Assembly (NCBI GenBank): GCA_002633005.1
Contig: NMRA01000076.1
Span: 186,001-250,000 of the forward strand
DNA from: Phoronis australis
Lineage: Eukaryota > Animalia > Phoronida
Direction: 5' to 3'
Length of the DNA: 64,000 nt
Every line of letters starts with the position of its first letter. The first letter of the stretch is position 1. Position numbers and translations under genes: made by a program. A model generated the notes under the pieces. The model saw only the letters and a program-made list of their open reading frames with translations. It was not told the DNA's origin and made no database searches. Shown here one piece after another: positions 40,223 through 51,629 of this stretch.

Positions 40223-40672
40223 CACAGGTCATTGTTATACGTACAAGTGATCCCGCCTAGTTTTCTTTTTTGGTTAAATCCGGCGACAAGTCTTGTTTGG
40301 TAAACATACGGGCATTGCCAGGCAACCTCCTTGTTTTGGATGCGTTCCAAGCCATAATGCGATTCACAGGTCATTGTCATACGCACAAGTGATCCCACCT
40401 AGTTGCTGCCGACTGTGTACCACCATGCCGTCACCTGTGCGATTTTATATGTCCATCTATTCGGCAAACCGTTATCGTACCCTTGACAAAGAGCGCATCG
40501 CTCGAAACGTGGGGAATATTTTAATATATTTTAGTACCGACGCTCGTCATTTTATTTTTACTATTTTATAGTTTTCTTTGTTGGCTAGTTCAACAAGTCT
40601 TGTTTTTCAAACATACGGGCATTGCCAAGCAATCTCCTTGTTTATCTGGGTGCGTTCCAAGCCATAACGCGA
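40223..40672. repeat. ~143-bp tandem repeat (about 2 units), second unit interrupted by a ~170-bp insertion
   Basis: cacaggtcattg..acaagtgatccc.cctag occurs twice. The unit tail (aacatacgggcattgcca...gcgttccaagccataa) recurs at 40303-40360 and 40609-40670. Confidence 0.8.
40405..40574 (+). mobile_element. Penelope-like terminal-repeat fragment with a hammerhead-like motif
   Basis: CTTGACAAA-GAGCG cat CGCTC-GAAACGT followed by an AT-rich tail; TAGTT is duplicated at both ends. Confidence 0.5.
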
Positions 40673-42089
40673 GACGCTCACGAGACTTATAAGCGAGGCG
40701 AGTCATACAGCAAGTCAAGTGACATTTTACTAAGGGAGCATTCACATTATATGTAATCTAAAATTTTCCACCTTTTAGCCCCCTACCTCCTCTGTCATCA
40801 CCCGTCATCATGATATATATACCTCCGTCCAGCTTCTGATTACGTCGTCACGGCCAACAACCCCCACCCTCTGTTTTCCAATACCCAGGACGCAACATTG
40901 TTGCCTAGTGGTAATCAGTAGTACAAATTGTATACGTTTTACATAAATAATGAATATTCACATTCCTACCTACGTCAGAGGAATGAGGATAGGACTGGGA
41001 AACGAGATATTTTAATAAGAGCGGGACTTTCAATACTAAAGTGGCATATTCTAGGTAGTTGAACTGTTCTCTCCAACGAAAACAGAAGTCGATTTTTCCC
41101 ACTCGACAAAGCACTTCTCCTTATTTGGTATGGCATGTCGTACGTATATTGATCGTATTTGAATACGACCTCTTTGAAAAAATGTGTCCCTCTCCCCATT
41201 GTCCTCCACACATGATGAAGATGTTTTATGAAACATGGAACTGAAGAAAAAAGAAGAATCGCCTACTTTTACCAGTATAAACAAGACTGCACATATGTAC
41301 TCATTTTAGAGGGGTAAGTTGGCAAGGACGTCCCACCCCAACAGAAGGCTATTTTTCCTCTTCAAGTGTCGGGCGGGTGCCATTTGGCTAAGTGATAATG
41401 TGACTCATTAATCAAAAGGGTAACAAGTCCACCCATGCCGTCAAAAACCAACTTTAAACTTAGGCCACACATTGTTTTGTATTTTCATCTTGTTCCCTAT
41501 TCAGAGTGAAAATGATTTCTCGGCCTGAGAAGAACCGTCAGGTAGTCATTACTCCACCGGCGGGTGCAAAGATGCTTGCCACGGCGGCCGGGTTAGGTTC
41601 AGTTGATGAGGCAGTATGTGACCGAAAGAGAAGAAAGCTGGTGTTTTGACACCAGAACATGGTTGGTTTGTGGCGGCTTCCCAACTCGTGCAAAGCTAGT
41701 CACCAGTTTGCTCACGGCAGAGTACAGTACAGAATTGTCGGTACATTATTGCGAACGGACGATAATTGCCCCCAGGTTTCATGGTGAAACATACACCCAC
41801 TCTGTCTGTTGCTTTATTGGACACTACAGCAACCTGAGAGTTAATGTTTTGATTTTCAAAATTCAGGCCAAATTGCGTTCCATGAGATTGTACGTCTGTA
41901 AATAACACAGGCAACTTTAATCAGCCCTCAACTGTATGCATGGTTGAGTGGTTGAGGGCTGATTCAAGGTGCTTGTGGTAAATAACCACAACGCCGGCTA
42001 TTAATTTATGGTAAGTTAGAGTAACCACGAATAAATTTCATTTTATATTATTTCATTTCGATAAACTTGTTTTCAAAAGTAAAACTTAC

Positions 42090-42136
42090 CAAATGACCAA
42101 AACTGTCAGAGTGATGACTTTCAGCAAACCGTTCAT
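42090..42136 (-). CDS. SAARP-like secreted protein, exon 1 (signal peptide)
   Basis: MNGLLKVITLTVLVI + GTAAGT donor; phase 2 joins the next exon (C-VYG). Confidence 0.75.
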
Positions 42137-42245
42137 CTCGACGCCGTCCTTTAATATTACTCTGCTTCTCTGGCTATAACCTTGTCGCAGTAAGTATCTT
42201 GTGCTTTTGCGACCTTTCCGTACTAGTCTATTTACTCCCAGGTAC

Positions 42246-42258
42246 TAGTATATATATG
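42246..42258 (-). promoter_or_regulatory. Candidate TATA box of the SAARP-like gene
   Basis: TATATATA about 115 bp upstream of the ATG. Confidence 0.35.
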
Positions 42259-44199
42259 CAAGTGAACTACATCAGATCCTTTTGTTGATCATGGTCAATG
42301 AACGGAGCATGCGCAGAAAAAAGTTCATACCTTTGTTATCGAGAAGGTGAGTTCGGAACGCCTTCCATTCAGCGCCATATACATGTACAGTAAGCCAAGT
42401 TGTTGTAACCGGTTAGGTTCAAGGCCATGTTTTTCGATGGAATTCTTAAAGGGGTTACTTTTTATGACGTTGTTAATGAGCGTCATGTTACTACTGTAAG
42501 GAAAAATCTATATCCAATGGCGTTCGAGTAACGACCATACAACGCCAGTGTTTATCCTGGAATGGATTTTGTTTTGAATCGTAGGCCTTCGGTAGTTGGC
42601 CGTATAATAGTGTCAATCGCCTTGCATTGTCTGCTAGAGGCGTTCACCTTTAGTGAATAGTAGGTTATCAGTGATTCATAATAACGATACACCTGTAGCT
42701 TCAAGAAATTCGCTTGGAATAAGCGTTACTGGATACAGGCAAGATGGCCGCATACACATTTATAAATGAGACTACCTTTGTTGTCTACATAATTAGTTAT
42801 CTTGCAATTTTCATTTTGCTGGAAGCTGTTATATGTCTACATCAGACACCGGGTCAAATCGTTTTCTAGAAATGGAACTCGAGATTATTTTTGGCATTCA
42901 TTTTCCATTCTACTTCCCTCTTAATTAACCCTTAGATTCGAACATCAATCTCGAATAAATACTCAAAAATTTTAGTCGTAATGTACTGCACATGCACGTT
43001 CTGTAAATATGTTTTATTGCGAGAAAACCAAGATCTCGAAAGATCCTAAGTATGCTCGGCAGCTTACAGACCCCTCCTAGCAAAATGGAAACCATTGTTG
43101 GTTTCTGACGGGGCGAGGTAGTGTAAAATAATTTTGACAAGCTTTACAGAAGAATTTAACGAAAATGTACAAAAGATACTGCTAATTTCACATAATCAAG
43201 GTCCAAAAATACTAAGAAATCAATCCCAATAAACGTTTATGCTCAAACTGATCAAGTTATTGTAGAAACGAATTTTGTGCTCTCCAAGTAGGAATAAAGC
43301 TTCAACGCTTAATGAATGTTAATTTCTATTTTTCCCTGTTTGATTAATAGTCATCAAGTTTCGGTTAGTAAAACGTTTCTTGAAAACTTAATTTTGTTCA
43401 GTACATTTGATCGTACCCGCTTTTGAGGAGGTAGAAAGAGTTGTTTACGACTCAAAAAGGGGAAGGCGGTTAGTTATGATTAACTGAGTTATGAAGAAGT
43501 GACGAAAAATTACAATTCCATAAATTTTTGACAAAATTCTTTCAAATGTGTTTTCCTTGTTGGCTCATTTCTCAGTAGCATTTGAAGAAAGCCCTATTCC
43601 AAAGAGTACTTTGAGTGACCCACCCTGTCCCAGAATGACCCACCGTGTGCCTCTCTACTATAGCATGGGGTTAAACCATTGTCTAACGTTAACTCTTTAG
43701 TGCAGTATTGAAGAACGTGTGTGACAGAAAATTTCATTTACGCGTAAAAAATGTATTTCTAGTTGTATTAATCGTGTCTTATAGGCCTTGCCAATTGTTC
43801 TCCATCACAGCAAGTAGCAGCAGATATAATAAAAACAACAACGGATTTAAACCGGCTTGACATGTTTCGGTGTCGTTTATTGAAACATCATCATCAGAAG
43901 AAGAAAACATAGTGGCCACCTAGCGCTAGGCCCAGCAACAAGTAATGAAACACAGAGATAGTCAGTTGCTTGTGTTGTGATTCTGGTTCTGTGGAGGATG
44001 AGCTACATCAGTTTTGTGCTTGATTGTTCGCTTTATAACTCGCGGAGGTCCTATTCCGTTTAATAATAATTCACTTCAAATCCCGAACTTTGTAGATTTC
44101 AGTAGATTAGATACGTTAAAACTGCTATTTCAGTATTTCCCTTGGCAATTTGCCAAATATTTCAAGTCTGCTTTTGAACTTGTCACTATAATAAATAAA

Positions 44200-44301
44200 T
44201 ACTACTACCACCACCACCACCACCACCACCACCACCACCACCACTACCACTACCACTACCACTACCACTACTACTACCACTACCACTACTACTACTACTA
44301 C
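44200..44301. repeat. (CAC/TAC)n microsatellite
   Basis: Directly visible. Confidence 0.95.
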
Positions 44302-44849
44302 AGAGGAGTAACAATAAACTAGACTAACAATGACAACCTGTGGTGTACCAGTTACCTATTGAGATTGGGCTCACACCAACTGACGTGTAGAGCCTCACGA
44401 AGTCTAAGCTCCTTTGTTGTTTCTGCGTGGTCTATTATAGTAATGTCATGAAGGAGCATTGCTAATAACAATGATTGGAGCTCTGCAGACGTAAGATCTG
44501 TGCCTATACGCTGTAAGTACAAGTCACGATAATAAAAAACAAATTTATTCATTCACTGATTCATTACAATTACGTATTATTATAATATTTATGTTGATTA
44601 GAGTATCATGGAAGGCTCTTATATTGGAATGTTACAGAGAAAATATTCCTGACTAAGATGTCGCTGACGTCAATTAATCATTACTATTCCGCAACAAACC
44701 GTTACACCCTGCGTGACTAACAAGAAGAAAATGTGCCTCCGAACATTTAATGGTTGGGCGAATGACATCATGTTTACCGAGTGACGTCAAGAAGCCATTG
44801 GAAACGCAGAGATATGCACAAACATAACCAATGAACATACAAAATAGGA

Positions 44850-47360
44850 AATGGTCAAAATGAAATACAGGGACTACACCATACTTTTTCAAAACAAAAC
44901 AACTGATAATAATAGAGAACAAATTCATTTGATAAATAATTTGACTACTGAATTAGAAAAGAATAACTCAACTAATGAAGCATTGGAAGGCTTGGACAGA
45001 GCCAGAGTAGAATTTATAATTATTGCACATCCAAAAATTAAAAAAGATAGTAAAGCTTAATGGATAGGAAATGGGGAAGATAACTCCAAATATTTTGCTT
45101 ATTTGGAAAAAAGAATCTACAAGATAAAATGCATGGACAATTAAAGAGGCCAGTATTTAATAAGATTAAGGAAATATATGGTTATTTCTCCAAGTTATAT
45201 AGCAGTGATAATAGCAGTTTGGGAACAAATTTTCTCAATATGTCTGAATTGCCTGATACTTTATCAGTTGATGGCGCTGAATTTTCAGACAGAGGTTTTA
45301 CACAAGCTGGATTCTTAAATCTATGAAGCTTTAAAAAATACTAAGAACAACAAATCCCCAGAAACGGATAGCTTGAGTTGTGAATTTTATAAACGTTTTT
45401 GGGAAGAAATTAAGTTCTTTTTTGAATGTTTTGTATACAGCTTTGAAGTAGGAAGTTTGTCTCCCTCAAAAAATAGAGGAATCATAACTTATACCCATGT
45501 CTAAAGATAACTCCGAATTACAGTCATTAGCTTTCTGGAGACAAATAACTTTCATTTGTTAAATATTGATTACTAAGGTCCTCCCTTTACGTTTAAATAC
45601 CTGTATGCAGCAAGTGATGCATATTAATCAAACTGCTGCTAAAGGGAGATTTATTGGTTACAACATACGAATTATAGATGCTATTGCACACACACTTAAA
45701 TAAAAGTCAAGGTTACATCGTATTTTTGGACTTTAAAAAAGCGCATGACACTATCGAATGGAAATTTATACATAAGGCTTTGCATGCCTTTAATTTTGGT
45801 CCTAATTTTAAGCAACTGTGTTAACATTCTCTATGACAACCCTACTTCATCTGATTAAAAATGACCTGTTCCCTGACAATGTTAAACATAATTAAAAGAG
45901 GAGGGTGTAACCGTCAGACAAGGAGACTCATTGTCAGGTCAGTTAGTTTCTTTATGTGTGGAAGTAATGGTTAACTATATTAGAAATAGAGGTATTAATA
46001 TTGAAGAAAGTGAATTTAAGGTATTGCAGTATGCTGACGATATAACAATATTTCTTTAGGCTGGAGAACGGACTTCAATTGGCTAGACGTCCTTCAAAGT
46101 TTTGGGGAAGTTTCTGGATTGAAGTTAAACCCAAACAAGTGTGAAGGGCGGCATCTTGGCAAAAAATAAGGAATGCAACGAAATTTTGTATAACTTTAAA
46201 TGGTCTGGAAAGCCAATCAAATGTTTGGGCATATATTTTGGACACAATAAGGAAGAAAACAATGCCCGTAATTATGATGACAAAATTAAAAACCTTAAGA
46301 AAACATTAGATATATGGAAAGTCGCAATATTTTATTATCGGGAAGAATTGAGGTGATCAAAACCTTTGCTATGTCTGAAATAATATATTTTATGAATACC
46401 AAAGGTATGCCTCCCAACAAAAATCGGGAGAAAAGTATTATTATCCAGGGCTTCATCTGGCAAAACAAACCCCTAAGCGTTAGAAGACATTTCCGTAAAT
46501 AGTAAGGAAAGGGGGAGGGCTAATCCAGATATCAACATTTTGTTTACGTTCTTGTTAATTAAATGGAATAAACAGTTTTGAGAAGAAAAAAAAATGAAGA
46601 ACGGGATATATTCCCTCGACGTGTATAGACAGTATGGAGGTAGTTTAGTATTAAAATCTAATTATGCTTATAAGAATTTGCTTATAGAGATTTTCAACCT
46701 ATTGTACTCTGATATGTTATGGTCCTGAGAGTATTTACTTAAAAATATTTGAAAAATCAAGTTGTGTGGAAAAACAGTAATATTTTGATAGAAACTGTGT
46801 TCTACATCAGCTACTGCCAAATGGAATCTGGGAGAGTTTTAAGGGGGACCACGGCCCCCTTGCTCCGCCACTGGATCGGATCAGACTGATGGACAAAAGA
46901 TGTATTACTTTCCAGGAAGATTTCAGTTCCTGATGTGGATCATAGAATTAGTTGCTAAGCAGCAAATTAAACAGATTTATGTCATTCCTTATAAATTGTT
47001 GCTCCAACCTCATTTGAAAGTTTTAAAGCATTATCACATTCATTAAAAATTTAGACAAAATATATTTTAAAGACAATGAAAATATTGGAAAACGACATTA
47101 TTTTGTAGACTCTTCTGAAACTTTTAATCACTTGTTTTTGGAATGTGAGCGTGTACTTTCTTTTTGAACGAATTACAAATTTGGATTTCAAACGTTGTTG
47201 GTGCTTATCTTTTACTGGCTGAAAAGTATGTCCTGCTATTGCATACTTTGGGATCATTGTTATGAAATTAATAACAACAGCAAAATACTTCATGTATACT
47301 TGTTCCAAGACTTCGTGTACAACAGATTTACTCAATTGAAGACATGGAAAACTGGGCAAT
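44850..47360 (+). mobile_element. Decayed L1/Tx1-clade non-LTR retrotransposon (ORF2 RT pseudogene)
   Basis: Frameshifted motifs in the expected order: GEDNSKYF, NNKSPETDSLSCEFY, FLDFKKAHDTIEW, RQGDSLS, LQYADDIT, SGLKLN, KCLGI, GRIEVIK, and C-terminal ETFNHLFLEC. Confidence 0.88.
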
Positions 47361-50300
47361 CAAGAGATACACCCCTGGCTTGCTGGCATTTTTAAAAACC
47401 CTTTACTGTGTGGCAAGTCCTGACTTCACCATCACGAACATCAATCAAGTATTTTTAACGACTGGAAACTGCTTATCTCTTATGCGTTTGTTACGTTTCT
47501 TTGCCGTCATAAAAATATACGTTTCTTCCGTCGTAACGGAAGGGTGGTGGCCTCTTGGGCGTGTGGGGGTGGGGTGCGCTACCCGTGAAATACTATGTCT
47601 AGCAGGTCAGGGGTGTTTTTCTCTACAAAATGTTGCAGTAACAGTTAAAGGCATGGCACGTTCTGTGATCACACCGGCAGACGTTTCCATGTCAACCAGC
47701 CATGACCGTTTCACCTATGAATCCCTGTAGGCTTGGTGCTGATCAACAGCCGGACATACGCAATCGCTAAATCGATTCGATTGCAAGTCCGCTATTGTAT
47801 CGAATGAGCATGCTTACAATGTAGTTCACATGCTCCCACTTGAGTTCATGTACCTATGTATTTCAATTATGAAGTTTGACAAATACATATAAATTTGTTC
47901 GTGTGTTTCACAAGCTGTACTGAAAGACGTTGGTATCTTTCAATAAACTACTTACTGTTATAAAGCCTGGTGCACAAACCCGTGCATGAAATAACATATT
48001 TATTCATATAATTGATATATAGTACTTAATATATTGTAATATTCTTCCAATTTAATTGTATATCTTATCTGCTTTGCATTATAACTTATTATTATTATTC
48101 AGACTGGTTCCACTTGGCAATCAGTGCATGTACTGAAGTGATTACCCAGTCAAAATAATTGAAACCAAGGCCTGGCGTTTGATTGGAACATGAAATGACA
48201 CCCTAACCAGTTGAGATTGGGCATCTCGTCCGGTTTGCGCACAACAGAATTTGCAGGTTCTGATCAAAGACACCTTGCTGTTGTGGTTAATTAAATCGTC
48301 TCAGACTTCTGATGTTATCCTTCTCTACATAATGAGACCATCATAAACACATTAAGGGTGACAATAGTATTTTTAAATCATCATTTTGAAAGTTTGTAAA
48401 TAGCACATATGAATAGTTCATGGAAAGCACGTGATTAGGCATTTAAATTTTGAAAATTGGTCAGCGAATGTGACTTTTACAATCTAAAACGTTTGTTTAA
48501 TGTTGCAATGTTATGTTCATAAAAACCTATGGAGGACGTGTTTTTCTCGCAGTGAATATAGGGCAGTAGTAGGTCCACCCTTGCCACCTCGCAAGTAGAC
48601 GAAACGGGACATATGTTTGAAGAACTCAAGGATTAATGTTGGTAAAAAATCAAAAAACTGAGAACTGTACCAAAACGCTGGAGGATAAAATAAACAGTGT
48701 AGCGGCATGTTATCTATATCAATTTTATTCGAGTCCTTGTGTGACTTTCCAATCATGTTGTGTTTTTTCTATTGCATACAATCCATATGTTTTGACAGTA
48801 GTAAATTGCTGTTTTAGGTATGCAAAAACGTGCCAATTTTTGAAGGCCCATAGGTAAAAATCAAGAGTCCAATTTAAGTGCAAAATTAGTGATTTTTGTA
48901 TCACAGCCACACCACGATCCACATTATTACACAAAGTTTAAGATAAATCTGAATGATGACCCTTAGAGTGATTTTTCATTTCTTTTTTTTTTCTCGTGGA
49001 ATGGCTGTTAAAGAGGTATGGGAAGCGAAAACTGTAAAAATACCTTTTAAACAGATCGTGGTGAATCTACATCTTGAGGATGCTAACGTGAGAGTCATTC
49101 ACTTTGAATATTGCAGGAATTTCTAGAAAAATTTGTCAGATCCAAAGGCGAAATAAAAACTTTTTCATCACAATACCATTCTCCACCCCTATTAATATAT
49201 ATATGCGCGCATGCGATCAAAGAAGTCTGACTTGTTCCTCAATGCCAGTCTCCAGTATTTACATCAAAGGTCAAAAGTTACATTTTCCTTATGTAAGGGA
49301 AATGTGCTACGTCAATGTCTTGCTAAATCGAATAGGAAGAGCCTTGCCGTGTGCCAGTGGAAGAAAAATCGACGAAGTGACAAGTTGTTCACAAACTGTT
49401 TTCTTGAAAATTTAAACTAAACGCAAATGTTTTGATATAACAGAAATTCAAAATCTTTGTGAACAAACGCGAAAATATCTGGTCAGCAGTTTGACTTCTG
49501 CTTCACTGGCAGTGGCAGAGAACCAGTTTGAATAATGCAATTTGGTCTGTTCTTTACGTTCTGTGCCTTTTAAGGGGTTAAAAATTCACCTGTCCAAGAA
49601 TCCCCGGCTAGAATTATTAACTACCCATCCAAAAGGATGGAACAACCCCCTGCTTCAAGGAAGCTCCCTGAAAATTTGCGTCCCTTTTTTCAAATCCATG
49701 CTCTAAATTGTTTTTTTATCCTAATTTTAATCCCAGAACAACATCACAGTCACAATATAGACCAGTACCTCCCCCTTCCCCCCCCCCACCCAGGCAGCTT
49801 TCCCATTGCATGTAATTTGACCCCTTGACTAACCTCAGTTGCCCTAATTGTGACAGCAAACGCGTCCCTGGTGTTTAAAAACAAGTTATGAAATGACCAA
49901 TCATATCTACGCAGAAGACAGTAGAGCAGAAAAGTAATCAAGTTTACTTTATGTATAAATCACTCTTTATTAAAACAAAGTATCTTCTTAGTTCACCACA
50001 ACCATACATAACAGTAATAGGCAAGAGAAAAATTCGATGAATACTTGTCGGCTACAACGACTTTACTTATAAAGCATTTATGTTAGATTCCAAATTGTAT
50101 TTCCACACCATATATTCTTAAGAAAATTAGTCAGCCACAAATAGGTAAAATCTGCACAAAGGATAATGAACTTGAATACACCCGTATAGTCTCCCAGGTA
50201 CCGAGTCCAATAGGCTCGGAGTCGTAGGCACATAACCGTGCACATTAGTTGCAAAGACACGAATCAGCATAAGATACATTTCTAACTTGCTCACTGGCCA

Positions 50301-51103
50301 CGGCACTTCTGAGCACTGGTCCAATTTTAAAGGTTTAAAGGTGTACTCCATCACTTTCTGCAAAATTAACCAGTCGCTGTGCTCGTCAAATTGTGTATTG
50401 GGTTCAAAATCGCAATGAATGCACCATGACACAGTGACCTCTAGCTGTATGCAAATGCGATGCTATTGTCCGGCATCGACATCCTTCCCAGACAAAAGGC
50501 CCGTTTCATCATGAAACTGTTTTTTGGTGTTAACTTAGACCGAAACCGTGCTAACAAAAATCAAAGAAAGTCCAATTATAATTTGAAAAAAGCAAGTCTT
50601 TAAAAGCCTCTGGTAGAACTTAAAGGTTGTCTCCAAAGCTACCCTCCTCTCTAATTGTACTGAATCACAAAAGGTGTTTTTCGTGCAGACTCCCTAAAAG
50701 GGGTGTTGTCCCAGCTTCCCAGTACTGAACGAACACTTAATGCAATTCTATCAACTAAAGGGAAGAGTGACAGCACAATTTCACTTCTATTGCTTTAAAC
50801 AAGTTAAACGGTGCCAAAGGGGCAATTTTGACCAAAATAATAGAGTTTTGGACCAGTCTCCCAGCTTCATTAAAATATTCTTTAATAAAAATTTGAGTGT
50901 TGGCATGGCGACAAGAGCAAGGTGTCAACTTATCAATTAATATAAAAAGCATAATATAAAGATACCCAAAACCCACTAATCTTGTTTATCATTTAGACAA
51001 TACAACACGGGACAACACCTTTGTGCTACAAATGAATTAAAAATAAACTTTGTCACCCTTTACAGGGAATTAAGTACGTATTCCAAGCGGCTTCAGTTAA
51101 ATG

Positions 51104-51629
51104 TTAGACCTCGGACCACTCACGTTGAATGGCCGACAGGTCACCCATAGACAACGATCGTAGACGGTCACCGGAACGGAGGCCTGGGTGCTTGTACATG
51201 GTCTTGCCGGGCATTTCAGGTACGAACCACTTGCTTGTGCGGCATTCATTTGGATCCAACTTCAAGCGATGGCTGCTGCTGGGACGACTGCCTTGATTAC
51301 TCGCCCCACTGCCCACACGGGATCCATCTAAAGTGTTGTCATCGCCAGCGAGAGACGGGCCCATATCATCCACAGGTGTTGCTGATGTTGAAGGTGTCAC
51401 ATTGCTACGTGGCAGTTTCGGCGAAGCTCGCAGACTGGGGCTAGGGCGTGGGCTGCCGCCCTTCTCCCAACTATGCGGGACGTGCTCTCTCATCGACCTT
51501 GAGGTCTCCCCGACATTCTCATCCTCCTGCCAGGCCATGGGTGAGGGTGATCGCCGAGGTTTGTTATCAACAGAATACGTTGCCCAGTTCAACTGATCTA
51601 TCTCCGCTTCCTCTTCAATAGCCTTGTTC
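51104..51629 (-). CDS. Single-pass membrane protein, terminal exon (Ser/Pro/Arg-rich cytoplasmic tail)
   Basis: TTTTAG acceptor in phase 2 matches the TM exon donor; NKAIEEEAEIDQ...RSLSMGDLSAIQREWSEV*. A candidate AATAAA lies on the minus strand at about 49966. Confidence 0.75.

Noticed and set aside
44014-44322. Poly-His/Tyr ORF
   Set aside because: Translation of the (CAC/TAC)n microsatellite.
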